In this document: positions 22,951 through 34,984 of the stretch, one piece after another
Layout of the letters: every line of letters starts with the position of its first letter
How positions within the stretch are numbered: position 1 is the first letter of the stretch
DNA from: Salmo salar
Lineage: Eukaryota
Assembly: GCF_905237065.1 (NCBI RefSeq)
Contig: NC_059455.1
Span: forward strand, 34,224,034-34,288,033
Direction: 5' to 3'
DNA: 64,000 nt
Position numbers and translations under genes: made by a program
The notes under the pieces: generated by a model
Database searches by the model: none
What the model was told of the DNA's origin: nothing
The model's input: only the letters and a program-made list of their open reading frames with translations

Positions 22951-23602
22951 GCCTGATGATATGGAATTCTTGCCACCAACAAAATGTTGAATATTTGGGG
23001 CATTCAATCATCGAAACTCTGCACATTTTGTTGTGAGGATACAGAATCAATAGACCATTTATTTTGGTATTGCCCTCAGGTAGCCTGTTTCTGGTCTCAG
23101 GTTCAGGAATTGCTGAAAATGCAGAACATTGATCTAAAATTGACCCTAGAAATAATACTTGGGAGATCTGGAGATACCGGGTCAGTCAATTAATAATATA
23201 CTAATACTCTTAGTAAAAGTATTTATCTTCAACTCACAATCTGTGTATTCTATTCGATTAGATAGATTGAAATTGTATGTTAAACATCACAGCATGGTGC
23301 GTAGAAATCCAAAGAGGGTGGTCAGCGAGATAGGTGGGAGGGGCTGAGGGAAGCTGAGGGTTGGGATGTGGAATTGGAGACAAGTGGGATTGTAGTTGCT
23401 GGGCGGAGGATTGACCATCATTCTAAAATAAAACTATAATAAAATAAAGTCAAAAATAAACCATAACAAAAAGTATTTTTGAATGACACTGAGGGGCAGT
23501 GTTTTTACAGCTAATGCCGGTTTGCCTGAGGCTGATGCCATGCAGGTGTTTGACACCTGCATATACACACAGTCTCATTCAAATGCACACATGTGCATAT
23601 AC

Positions 23603-23604
23603 AC

Positions 23605-23696
<92 letters not shown>
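23603..23696. repeat. (CA)n microsatellite of about 47 units
   Basis: Direct reading. Confidence 0.95.
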
Positions 23697-23699
23697 AAA

Positions 23700-24600
23700 T
23701 AGTGCCATACATGCACTCAAACATATTCAGTTGGCCTTGCTGTTATGATTTTGGTTGTCCTTGATGTCTTTGTTGTTTTTTGCATTGTTGTTTTCTGTTT
23801 TCCTTTGTCTCTCTTTTTTCTCTTTTGCTCATTTTGTTGGTTGTTGGTGCATGGGGGGAGGTCTTGGGGGTGGGTAATGGAATTATCTTTTTAAATTATT
23901 ATTATTCATTTTTATTTCTCGGGGGGGCAGTGGGGGGTGTCACGGATGGTTGAGGGGCAGCTCTTGGGGAACTGTGGGGGGGATCTTGGACAGCTGGCAG
24001 TTGGGAGCTTGGGCCAGTGGCTGATGGATCGCTGGTTGGGGTCCATGTTTTTTGACCTTGTGGAATGTCTGTAGACGTGCCCTTGAGCAGGGCATTGACC
24101 CTGGTTGCTTCTGTGTGTCGCTCTGGATGGGTGTCTGTTAGATGACTAATGTGATGTAGTTGTTGAGCGGCTTCACTGCAAGTATATTGTATGTTTTAAA
24201 CATTCAATATATTTTTAATTTTAAATAGACCATTTATTTTGGAATTGCCATCAGGTAGCCTGTTTTTGGTCTCAGGTTCAGGAATGCCTGAAAATGACAT
24301 TGATCTAAAATTGACCCTAGAAATAGTACTGTTGGGAGATCTGGACGGACCGGGTCAGTCAATTACTGCAAGGGGGGGGGGGGGGTGTTGGATGGTTGAG
24401 GGGCAGCTCTTGGGGTACTGTGGAGGGGGATCTTGGAGGCCTGGTGGGAGATCTGTCGACGTGCCCTTGAGCAGGGCATTGACCCTGGTTGCTTCTGTGT
24501 GTTGCTCTGGATGGGAGTTTGTTAGATGACCAATGTGATGTAGTTGTTGAGCGGCTTCACTGCAAGTATATTGTATGTTTTAAATATTCAATACATTTTT
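23700..24600 (+). repeat. Tandem segmental duplication: an L1 C-terminal fragment plus a G-rich tract plus a SINE-tail-like segment, present twice (23880-24235 and 24360-24600 are about 90% identical)
   Basis: 'gttgaggggcagctcttgggg.actgtgg.gggggatcttgga...gacgtgcccttgagcagggcattgaccctggttgcttctgtgtgt.gctctggatggg.gt.tgttagatgac.aatgtgatgtagttgttgagcggcttcactgcaagtatattgtatgttttaaa.attcaata' is repeated. L1 C-terminal peptides at 22984..23193(+) and 24239..24360(+). Confidence 0.75.
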
Positions 24601-24639
24601 TTAAAACAAACAAAAAAATAGATAAGTCAAAAATGAAAT

Positions 24640-27600
24640 GAAAATAACAAATAATTAAAGAGCAGCAGTAAAATAACAGCAGCAAGGCTATATACGGGTG
24701 GTACCGGTACAGAGTCAATGTGCGGGGGCACAGGTTAGTCGAGGTAATTGAGGTAATTCGTACATGTAGTTAGAGTTAAAGTAATTATGCAGAGATAATA
24801 AAGCGAGAGTAGCAGCAGCGTAAAGGGGGGGGGGGCAATGCAAATACTCAGGGTAGCCATTTGAGTAGCTGTTCAGGAGTCTTATGGCTTGGGGGTAGAA
24901 TCTGTTAAGAAGCCTTTCCGTGCTGTAGCAGAGAGAACAGTCTATGACTAGGGTGGCTGGAGTCTTTGACAATTTTTAGGGCCTTCCTCTGACACTGCCT
25001 GGTATAGAGGTCCTGGATGGCAGGAAGCTTGGCCCCAGTGATGTACTGGGCCGTACACACTACCCTCTGTAGTGGCTTGTGGTCAGAGGCCGAGCAGGTG
25101 CCATACCAGGCAGTGATGCAACCCGTCAGGATGCTCTTGATGGTGAAGCTGTATAACTTTTTGAGGATCTGAGGACCCATGCCAAATCTTTTCACTCTCT
25201 TGAGGGGGAATAGGTTTTGTCGTGCCCTCTTCACGACTGTCTTGGTGTGTTTGGACCATGATAGTTTGATAGTTTGATAGACCATGATAGTTTGTTGGTG
25301 ATGTGGACACAAAGGAACTTGAAGCTCTCAACCTGCTCCACTACAGCCCCATCGATGAGGATAGGGACCTGCTCGTCCTCCTTTTCCTGTAGTCCACAAT
25401 TATCTCCTTTGTCTTGATCACATTGAGGAAGAGGTTGTTATCCTGGCACCACACGGCCAGGTCTCTGACCTCCTCCCTAAAGGCTCTCATCGTTGTCAGT
25501 GATCAGGCCTACCACTGTTGTCATCTGCAAACTTAATGATTGTGTTGGAGTCATAACTGGCCATGCAGTCATGGGTGAACAGGGAATACAGAAAGGGACT
25601 GAGCACGCACCCCTGAGGGGCCCCTGTGTTGAGGATCAGCGTGGCAGATGTGTTGTTACCTACCCTTACCACCTGGGGTCGGCCCGTCAGGAAGTCCAGG
25701 ATCCAGTTGCAGAGTGAGGTGTTTAGTCCCAGGGTCCTTAGCTTAGTGATGAGTTTTGAGGGCACTATGGTGTTGAACGCTGAGCTGTAGTCAATGAATA
25801 GCATTCTCACGTAGGTGTTCCTTTTGTCCAGGTGGGAAAGGGTAGTGTGGAGTGCAATAGAAATTGCATCATCTGTGGATCTGTTGGGGTGGTATGCAAA
25901 TTGGAGTGGGTCTAGGGTTTCTGGGATAATGGTGTTGATGTGAGCCATGACCAGCCTTTCAAAGCACTTCATGGCTACAGACGTGAGTGCTACTGGTCGT
26001 AGTCATTTAGGCAGGTTACTGTAGTGTTCTTGGGCACAGGGACTATGGTGTTCTGCTTGAAACATGTTGGTATTACAGACTCAGTCAGGGACAGGTTGAA
26101 AATGTCAATGAAGACACTTGCCAGTTGGTCAGCGCATGCTCGGAGTACACGTCCTGTTAATCCGACCTGTTTAAAGGTCTTACTCACATCGGCTACACAG
26201 TGCGTGATCACACAGTCGTCAGGAACAGCTGATGATCTCATGCATGCTTCAGTGTTGCTTCCCACGAAGCAAGCGTAGAAGTATTTTAGCTTGTCTGGTA
26301 GGCTCGTGTCACTGAGCAGCTCACGGCTGTGCTTCCCTTTGTAGTCTGTAATAGTTTTCAAGCCCTACCACATCCGATGAGCGTCGGACCTGATGTAGTA
26401 CGATTCAATTATAGTCCTGTATTGATGCTTTGCCTGTTTGATGGTTCGTCAGAGGGCAAAGCGGGATTTCTTATAAGCGTCTGGGTTAGAGTCCCGGTCC
26501 TTGAAAGCGGCAGCTCTACCTTTTAGCTCAGTGCGGATGTTGCCTGTAGTCCATGGCTTCTGGTTGGGTTATGTACGTACGGCCACTGTGGGGATGATGT
26601 CATCGATGCACTTATTGATGAAGCCAGTAACTGATGTGGTGTACTCCTCAATGCCATCGGATGAATCCCGGAACATATTCCTGTCTGTGCTAGCAAAACA
26701 GTCCTGTAGCTTAGCATCTGCGTCATCTGACCACTTCTTTATTGACCGAGTCACTGGTGCTTCCTGCTTTAGTTTTTGCTTGTAAGCGGGAATCAGGAGG
26801 ATAGAATTATGGTCAGATTAGCCAAATGGAGGGCGAGGGAGAGCTTTATACTTGTCTCTGTGTGTGGAGTAAAGGTGGTCTAGAGTTTTTTCCCCTCTGG
26901 TTGCACATTTAACGTGCTGATAGAAATCAGGTAAAACGGATTTAAGTTTCCCTGCGTTAAAGTCCCCGGCCACTAGGAGCGCCGCATCTGGATGAGCGTT
27001 TTCCTGTTTGCTTATTGCCTTATACAGCTCATTGAGTGCGGTCTTAGTGCCATCATCGGTTTGTGGTGGTAGGTAGACAGCTCAGAAAAATATAGTTCAA
27101 AACTCTCTTGGTAAATAGTGTGGTCTACAGCTTATCATGAGATACTCTACCTCAGGTGAGCAAAACCTCAAGACTTCCTTAATAAGTTAATATTAGATTT
27201 CGTGCATCAGCAGTTATTTACAAATAGACACCCTTGTCTTATCGGAGCCAGCTGTTCTGTCTTGCAAATGCAGCGTAAACCCCACCAGCTGTATGTTATC
27301 CGTGTCTTCGTTCAGCCACAACTTGGTGAAACATAAGATATTACAGTTTTTAATGTCCCGTTGGTAGAATATTCATGATCGTAGCTCGTTTATTTTGTTA
27401 TTCAATGATTGTACGTTGGCTAATAGGACTGATGGCAGATTACCCACTCGCCGTCGGATCCTTACAAGGCACCCTTACCCCTGACCTACACCCCTCTGTC
27501 TCTTTCTCATGCAAATGACGGGGATTTGGGCCTTGTCGGGTGTCTGAAGTAAATCCTTCACGTCCGACTCGTTAAAGAAAAAAATCTTTGTCCAGTACGA

Positions 27601-27800
27601 GGTGAGTAATCGCTGTCCTGATATCCAGAAGCTATTTTTGGTCATAAGAGACAGTGGCTGAAACATTATGTACAAAATAATTTCAAATAACGCGAAAAAA
27701 CACACTATAGTACAATTGGTTTGGAGTCTGTAAAACGGCAGCCATTTCCTCCGGCTCCATTCTTTGGTGTAGATAGGAACATTGCTGAAAGACGTCCAAT
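24640..27800 (-). mobile_element. 5'-truncated Rex/CR1-like (jockey-clade) LINE: reverse transcriptase ORF2 on the - strand
   Basis: ORFs 25990..26361(-) ('[51 protein letters not shown]'), 25496..25972(-) ('[15 protein letters not shown]...[20 protein letters not shown]...IKFADD') and 24905..25312(-) ('TAWYGTCSASDHKPLQRVVCTAQYITGAKLPAIQDLYTRQCQRKALKIVKD'). Confidence 0.85.
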
Positions 27801-28437
27801 GGCTCTATCAAACAAGAACAACCATATCTACACGCATAAAAACAAATATTGTGATCAGTAACTATGGATCTGTGAATACCATCTAGTGGTCTTTCTTGAT
27901 CTCAAGCAAGGATACCTGGCTTTGACAGATAAAATAATCTCACATGCAGTTGGTCAGTCAGTCGGTCAGTCCATCGGACTCTGTGCAGTCAGTTGTTGAG
28001 CCTTTGTTGGGTTCTTCCCACGGTGACACAGTAGAATGTAGTAGTAACACTCATATGTAACACAGTAGTAACACTCATATGGTTTTATAATATCAGTTTA
28101 AGCATGGACAGAATACATTCATGTCAATGAAGCTGTAATCAAAAAAGAAAACTGACCCTGATTTAAGTTAGTTTCTGAATCATTTAATCTTTAAATGACA
28201 AGTTAATTGATAGTCAATTATACAAAGTGAAAGGGCTGCTTTACAGAATAACCAAAATGCATCTTAAACACTTCCCATCTCGGGCCCGCAGTCAACAGCC
28301 ACCAACACTACCGGCCCAACCTAACCTAAGATTTGGAAAGCAAGCAGTCATATAGATCAAAACTAATTTAAATGCCATGTAAGACGGGGTTGTGGTTTGT
28401 TGTTTACCACCACTCACACTACTGTCTTCTTCCTCTA

Positions 28438-28506
28438 TCACACCAGCATCGCTTTCTTCTGCACCTTGATGGTCTCATAGGTGTCCTGACCTTTATGGGT
28501 CAAACC
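28438..28506 (-). CDS. fcer1g: FcR-gamma-like ITAM adaptor, last exon (GLTHKGQDTYETIKVQKKAMLV*), encoding the second ITAM tyrosine YETI
   Basis: Acceptor 'cctctcacag|GGT'. 22 codons then TGA. Compare human FCER1G C-terminus '[20 protein letters not shown]'. Confidence 0.75.
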   Translation of the reverse strand, partial: GLTHKGQDTYETIKVQKKAMLV

Positions 28507-28624
28507 CTGTGAGAGGAAGAACAATGAGGGACTTGAAAACAACTTGAAATCCTTAAAACTGCAATATTCTTTGTCATTTATGATATACTGTAAGTCATAA
28601 TAAGAATAAGAAAAATGATCTTAC

Positions 28625-28645
28625 TGCGTAAAGTCCCTCTCCTTT
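28625..28645 (-). CDS. fcer1g: FcR-gamma-like adaptor, 21-nt microexon (KGEGLYA), encoding the first ITAM tyrosine
   Basis: Perfect acceptor 'ccattttacag|AAA' and donor 'GCA|gtaagat'. It is in frame (phase 0/0) with the last exon, giving the ITAM 'YAGL-x7-YETI'. Confidence 0.6.
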
Positions 28646-28699
28646 CTGTAAAATGGAAATTACGAGAGCTGTTATCTGCGTTGTTATCTGCTGAAGGCA

Positions 28700-28710
28700 C
28701 ACATGCACAT

Positions 28711-28768
<58 letters not shown>

Positions 28769-28770
28769 AA
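28700..28770. repeat. (CA)n microsatellite within an fcer1g-like intron
   Basis: Direct reading. Confidence 0.95.
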
Positions 28771-29399
28771 TTTATTTTATCAGAAGAACATTTAACAAAA
28801 GAACATCATTCCTCATTTCTCCTTCCGTCTTTCTCATGTTCTCCTTCTCTACTTTTTTTAATCGGGCAAAGAAAGGAATTGGTGTAGAAGACTAGACACA
28901 GAGGGTGATGATGCGACCGTTTAAAGCTTCACTACTCTTTGCTTCCACTGTATTTTGATTTTCTTTCTAAGTAATCTGTCTACCCGGGTATTTCTGTGTA
29001 ACAGGATATAGTGTTGCATTTTAGTCTGACTGTAATGGAAACTGTGTTTATAAGTGGCAGGGTTGGTGGTCAGTTCTTGTTAACAGGAAATTATCACAGT
29101 TGCTGAAGGAGGGGGACGAAAAGCAGAACTGTGGACTTCGAGGGGACATGGTAAGACAGCATATGACATATTCCTCTTACATAGCTAATTTGTTGAACAA
29201 CCAGGAGGAAGCATTTCGCCAGCTGAATTTGATCAACATTCAGATGTATACATATATTTTGGGGTTTGTAAAGAAAGCTAGAGTTGAATAGTGGTTATTG
29301 AGGGTATTGTGTAAATTATACATGCCCAATACACATTTACTTTCTCTCTCGCTCTTTCTTTCTCTCCCTCTTACATATGCACACACATTTTTATTGTAC

Positions 29400-29459
29400 C
29401 TGTGGATACCCGCCAGTGCCCTGTGGAGATCCGCCATTGTTTATGTAGATGGGATGTAT
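29400..29459 (-). CDS. fcer1g: FcR-gamma-like adaptor, tentative linker exon (IHPIYINNGGSPQGTGGYPQ)
   Basis: A 60-nt open frame between acceptor 'ttcctcag|ATA' and donor 'CAG|gtacaa', phase 0/0 as required between the TM exon and the microexon. No homology support. Confidence 0.35.
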
Positions 29460-29736
29460 CTGAGGAACATGATAAATATAATTTTAATTAAACAGCTGTG
29501 TGAATGTGAAACATATTCTATTTATGTGGGAGCTGGTCTTCAATTGGTGAGGCATTTATATTCTTATTGATGTTTTGAATGTGCTATTATTATTGAAATA
29601 TAAATAGCATTTTACAGTATGAATATTGTTAATATGGTCATGGAGATATGTGTGCACTGCATACCCTGATGTATCATATGTTTTGTGGATGGTGGAATGA
29701 TTTATAATGTGTTATAGAGCGTTTATAATTCCTTAC

Positions 29737-29831
29737 CCTCAGTCTGCAGTACAAGATGGTGAGAATGACGCCATAGATCACGAGAATCCCATCCAGGATA
29801 TAACAGAGTTTACCGTCTGGCACTTGAGCCT
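29737..29831 (-). CDS. fcer1g: FcR-gamma-like adaptor, transmembrane exon (EAQVPDGKLCYILDGILVIYGVILTILYCRLR)
   Basis: ORF 29674..29874(-). Acceptor 'tgtgcag|AG', donor 'CTGAGG|gtaagg'. Near-identical to human FCER1G '[28 protein letters not shown]' and CD3-zeta '[21 protein letters not shown]', including the intramembrane Asp and the dimerising Cys. Confidence 0.85.
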
Positions 29832-30107
29832 CTGCACACATTATGGGATCACACTGCATCATCATCATCATCACTATCCCATCATCATGTAAAACAATGT
29901 TTTCTCAACCACAAGCCTACTATTTGTATCTGTTCATGTTGTAATACTGCAAATAATGAATTATACATGTAATACACATTAGTGTTTAGAACATTGTAGT
30001 TAAATATAAAGATAAATCATCTATTGCATAGAGTACTGTGTTACTAGGCCATTAAGTTGAGGATCAGGAGTAATTATCACAGTACACTGAGTATACATGT
30101 CCCTCTA

Positions 30108-30156
<49 letters not shown>

Positions 30157-30227
30157 TAAATATCCCTGTCCATGATGGAATAAAAAAGTGCTGAACATCA
30201 TAATGTAAAATAAAACAGGATTCTCAC

Positions 30228-30282
30228 CTGCAAAGCTGAAGTTCAAGAGTAGAGCGACCAAGATCAGAGATCCCCGAAACAT
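30228..30282 (-). CDS. fcer1g: FcR-gamma-like adaptor, exon 1 (MFRGSLILVALLLNFSFA, signal peptide)
   Basis: ORF 30064..30297(-) begins '(MPATK)MFRGSLILVALLLNFSFAG' with a 'gtgaga' donor right after 'GCAG'. Phase 1 joins 'G'+'AG' = Glu at the start of the TM exon. Confidence 0.7.
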
Positions 30283-31349
30283 CTTCGTAGCAGGCACAAA
30301 ATGAAAGGTTAAAGAGAGTAGATGGAGAGTTGGAGTACTTCGTGTTATTTCAATGGCTGTCTGTGGGTTTCTGACACCTCTGAACAGAAAGTGCAGAGAG
30401 CTCTAGCAGGAAGTTATGGGCTCATACTGGTGTCCGTTTTTATATGCTAAAACCACATGCTTGTCCCCTTCCCACCCACAGATATATAGTACTTGTTAAC
30501 TTCAGTGAGAAGAGAAGATGGAAACACAAACATATACACATTTATGATGCATACATTATTACACTGTGCCTGGATACCTCATTATGTGCCATATTGTAAT
30601 TCAAAAGAATGGATACTGTGTAAGGCTACTTGTTGGTGTGAATAACTTTTTTTTAAAGTTGTGATGTAAATATTAAATAATATGGTGGTCAGAAACATAA
30701 ACTTCAACTTAGTATGATATACATACACATGGCTAAATAAGAAGTTACTTTTCAGGGTGTTCACATGGTGTTGCATGTTTTCACTAAAGCATTGTTCACA
30801 CTTCAGGCCTTAATGCTCAAATCAGTTTTGTTTTTCAAATTCGTTTAGGAATATTGACTGTCCAAACAACAAGTTACAAGTAACCAAATCGGATTTGTGC
30901 ATGTTCAGACAGCAGTCATTCGCTGACATGGCTACGCTATTTGTCGTAGTAATGACAGGCGTGTGCCCATTGATGTAGGCTGATTGGTGGTGGTGCTCCT
31001 GCTTCCTATCACACATAAGTTATGTAGCAAGCTAAGGTGACAACAATGCCTGCCATGGACGTTTCTCAGTTGATTTGAATGTTCAAAATCATAGTGTAAG
31101 AACCCTTTTAAAGCCTCAAAGGATATGATCCAACTTTCTAAATGAGTTTGTCTAGCCACAGCAGTCAACTAGCTAGGTAGCTTTTTTGCTTTCTAGCACA
31201 TTCACTACTTTGTAAACAATTATCTAGTTACCTACCACATGTTCTTGTCAACAAAGTAGCTAGCAAGCAACAAGATATGCCAAATAACATTAAAAAAATC
31301 ACTTGAGGGCAAATAGATCAGATTTGACCGTTCAGACACAAGTCGCATG

Positions 31350-31810
31350 GCCAGGTATCAATCAAATTTATTTATAAAGCCCTCAGCCGATGTCACAAAG
31401 TGCTATACAGAAACCCAGCCTAAAACCCCAAACAGCAAGCAATGCAGATGTAGAAGCATGGTGGCTAGGAAAAAGTCCCTAGAAAGGCAGGAACCTAGGA
31501 AGAAACCTATAGAGGAACCAGGCTCTGAGGAGTGGCCAGTCCTCTTCTGGCTGTACCGGGTGGAGATTATAACTGAACATGAACATGGCCAAGATGTTCA
31601 AATGTTCATAGATGACCAGCAGGGTCAAATAATAATAATTACAGTGGTTGGTCAGCACCTCAGGAGTAAATGTCAGATGGCTTTTCATAGCCGAGCATTC
31701 AGAGTTCAAGACAGCAGGTGCGGTAGAGTCGAAAACAGCAGGTCCGGGACAAGGTAGCACATCCGGTGAACAGGTCAAGGTTCCATAGCCGCAGGCAGAA
31801 CAGTTGAAAC
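31350..31810 (+). repeat. Fragment of an unclassified salmonid interspersed repeat
   Basis: 'atttatttataaagccctcagccgatgtcacaaagtgctatacagaaacccagcctaaaaccccaaacagcaagcaatgcagatgtagaagcatggtggctaggaaaaagtccctagaaaggcaggaacctaggaagaaacctatagaggaaccaggctctgagg...' matches a high-copy salmonid repeat I recognise but cannot name. ORF 31347..31757 is spurious. Confidence 0.45.
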
Positions 31811-33499
31811 TGTATCAGATTTGTGTCTTGAAATGTCCTATTCCATGTGCTTTTTTTGACTGTTCAGACCGCAGGAAAAAGAACAGATTCGAATCAGATA
31901 TGCCAAAAAATTGGATGAGTCACTTCAAACTGCCAATGTGCAGTTTGAAGTAGCTTTAGCTTAAGAGCTATATTGAATTGAATAATGGGGTATTATGCAC
32001 ACAAAAAAAGACAATGGAACTGATCAGGAAAAAAAATGTTTTAGGTAAAAAAGGGAAGTTTAAACTCAATCTGAATTATTTTTATCCTTCTCTGAATTAT
32101 GAAAGCGCTCTGAGATCAGGGATTAGATATACTGTAGATTGCTTCTTGTTTAAAGACCTCACATATTCCATTAAGTCTTTAATCATCTTCTAATCAGTAG
32201 GCTTACCGTACTCTTTTTGCTAACAGGGCAGGATAATGATAACCTCTTACAACCATCTGGAACTCTCCCAAGATTACATTCTGTTTCACTACACATATTT
32301 CAGCAGTAATCAGTCTGGTAATACGAGGCTAGGAAAATGACAGACAGGTCTTCACACAATCACAACTCAGTGTGTGTGAGAGAAAAAGGAGTGAGAACAG
32401 GTGCACAGGAAAATGGTTTAATAATGTCAAAAACATCTAGCACACTATACAAGCTACTATTATTAATAAAATAAACAATACAAGTCAAATGTACACGTGT
32501 ACAAGCTGTCCTCTTTTCCAAAAGTAAATGTTTCATTTTTATTGAATTGCATTATAACTTAGGCATCTTAAAAAAAAGAAACAAACAAGCTCATCATATA
32601 AAATGTACCTAAACCCTAAATTCTAGAATCCATAAAAAACGGGAACAATCATTTGCGTTCTGTCATCCAGATGTTCTCATCAGTTACGTCAACTAGTTCT
32701 GCACTTTGTTTCATTGGTTCTCACAGAAATGAAGGGCATTTCTGCTTGAATTAAAATGACTGGCAGTCATAGTGGCTCAGTTGTCCAAAAAAAGGTCGAC
32801 AACAGTTTGGAGCAGTTCAAGTCTCAACACCAGGCTGCCAGTTACAGTATGTCTTGGTTAGAACCGAGAAGTGTAGTGGTCAGAGAAGTGGTTCTTTGCC
32901 AGAGATGACCGGACAGCGTTTCGTAGTTCACACATGGGTAAGGCTGTTGGATGCCGCAATCATACTGTGCTTGTTTTAATATGTGGCACAATCTGGTGAT
33001 TTGCTACAACTGCAGAGGTCTTGCAGTGAGGATACAATCACATGTTCCAGGGCAGAAGAAGATGGATGGAGGACAGTGGACACAGGGTAAAGACAAGAGG
33101 AGTCCATTCAAAAAAGCTTAATTGAACTACAGGTTATTCAGGACAGTCTGTATGAGAAAGCTGTCCCAAGGCAGGGATTCTCAGATTTCCTCATTCAATG
33201 TTACCAAAATCATGATAACGTGTGTAAAAAGGCAAGCGTAAATTGAAATGTGAGCCACATATACACGGAATATATGACTCCTTACAACATACAGTCTCAG
33301 ATACAACAAGCTCAGGAATGTAGTTCCTTCCTAAACAGATGGAGACAGTTGGCCTACAGACAACAAGAAAAACCTTAATTCAATACGTATACATTCAGTA
33401 ATAAAAAAAAAGTCACACCCTATATAAAACAGGCCTAACCATCACTTCAAGCACAACACACTGGCAATGAGTAGAAGCAGTTTACCAACTTTGCAGTCA

Positions 33500-33690
33500 G
33501 CTGACTTACATTTTTGTCATTTAGCAGACACTCTTATCCAGAGTGACTTACAGGAGCAATTATGGTAAAGTGCCTTGCTCAAGGGCACACCGACAGATTT
33601 CCCAGCTGGTCGGCTCAGGATTCGAACCAGCAACCTTTTGGTTACTGGCCCAACGCTTTTAACCGTCAGGCTGCCTGCCACCTTTGAGAG
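33500..33690 (-). mobile_element. SINE (tRNA-derived, HpaI/SmaI-type) in - orientation
   Basis: Reverse complement reads 'ggcaggcagcctgacggttaaaagcgttgggccagtaaccaaaaggttgctggttcgaatcctgagccgacc...gtgcccttgagcaaggcactttaccataattgctcctgtaagtcactctggataagagtgtctgctaaatgac'. Confidence 0.75.
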
Positions 33691-33726
33691 TTGTACTCTG
33701 ATTGGTCCTTTCGTAAGACATGACAC

Positions 33727-33880
33727 ACCCACTCTAACGGGGTCAGCTTTTGTCAAATTAACGTTAGGTTGACTTTTCGTAGCAGGTTAGGAGAATTAAC
33801 GTACCAGGTTAAGATAATTAGGTAAAGAAAAGGGTTAGCTAAATGCAACTTTTGATGTTAATTTGACAAAAGCTGGATCC
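33727..33880. mobile_element. Small MITE-like element with about 22-bp terminal inverted repeats
   Basis: 'cagcttttgtcaaattaacgtt' at 33729 and its near-perfect reverse complement 'gatgttaatttgacaaaagctgg' at about 33855, 19 of 22 matches. Confidence 0.45.
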
Positions 33881-34197
33881 ATTCTAGCCATGACCCTCTA
33901 GCAGTCAGATAGTGATCTTTATGTGATGAGTTTACTACACAGTGATCAGTGGTTGCAGTCAAAGTAGCAAAAATTGCTGTTATTCATCAGAATAAATGTA
34001 GGCCAATGCTCCCTTTGGAAAAACAAGGGAATTTTACAGTGTATCATAAAGACATGGTCAAGGCATCCATCTTCTTTCTATGGAAGATTGCAGCTTCATC
34101 ACATTCTGTTAACATCCATGACAATGGTTCAATAGGAGATTACATGATCTAGCACCCTGCGTATCCCAGTAGGATGAGGGGCCTCCACTGACCCCCT

Positions 34198-34458
34198 CTA
34201 CACAGAGGTCTCCGACTGTAGCCTCATCACAAACTTGTGGCTCTTGGGGTCGATAAACTCCTCACCAATACGCAGGAAGGGGAGGGGCTGCACCGTGACG
34301 ACCAGGGAGAAGTCAAGGCGGCGCAGGGAGAAGACCAGACCCTGACGCAGGGCAGAGGTCACCGGCTCCTCGCTCACTAGAGTCCAATGGCGCCCCCTGC
34401 CATTCTCACGCTGGTACTGCAAGGTAGGGCCTGGGCTGAGGTAACGCTCCAGGAAAGC
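34198..34458 (-). CDS. vangl2: vangl2 exon 7 (last exon, ...[18 protein letters not shown]-binding ETSV)
   Basis: ORF 34198..34470(-). Acceptor 'tcttttcag|GCT'. '[16 protein letters not shown]...LVSEEPVT...DFSLVV...[21 protein letters not shown]' is near-identical to the human VANGL2 C-terminus. Confidence 0.9.
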   Translation of the reverse strand, partial: AFLERYLSPGPTLQYQRENGRGRHWTLVSEEPVTSALRQGLVFSLRRLDFSLVVTVQPLPFLRIGEEFIDPKSHKFVMRLQSETSV

Positions 34459-34695
34459 CTGAAAAGACAAAAATACAGCCTTTCAAAATCAACCTTACAC
34501 AGGAAGAACTGTGAATGGGTACAGAGTAGATGAGTAGTTAAGCACAACTGATTGTTTGAATTGTAGATCTGATCAAATGCAGGATATTTATCCCAAAAGC
34601 TATTGTAACATTATACCCAGGAAGTGACCCAATGTATCCCTTCTCTTTGCAGGTTATACATTATAGACAAGTGAACGTGATACGTTGTTTCTCAC

Positions 34696-34942
34696 CTTGG
34701 GGGTCATGTTGTGAGTGATACAGAACTGCAGGTGTGTGAGGATGCTCTCCATGCTGTGGTAGGGCTGCTGGCGCGTGGTCCTCAGGTACTTCTGCATGGC
34801 TCGGGCCATGGGGGCGAAGATAGCCTGAGCCGCCTCCCGGGGGTCCATCACCTCACGGGGGTGTTTGGGGGACGATGCTGCGGGGTCATCATCCTGGAGA
34901 CGCTTGATGTGGGTGAAGGCCTCTTCCACTGCCACTACCAGC
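34696..34942 (-). CDS. vangl2: vangl2 exon 6
   Basis: ORF 34654..34983(-). '[16 protein letters not shown]...[55 protein letters not shown]' matches human VANGL2 '[16 protein letters not shown]...[56 protein letters not shown]'. Donor 'AAG|gtgaga'. Confidence 0.9.
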
Positions 34943-34984
34943 CTGGACAACGCAACAATCATCATTATGATCACCATCATCATG

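Noticed and set aside
31347-31757. 136-aa ORF 'MARYQSNLFIKPSADVTKCYTETQPKTPNSKQCRCRS...'
   Set aside because: Lies entirely within a recognisable high-copy interspersed repeat. Likely a spurious ORF of the repeat consensus.
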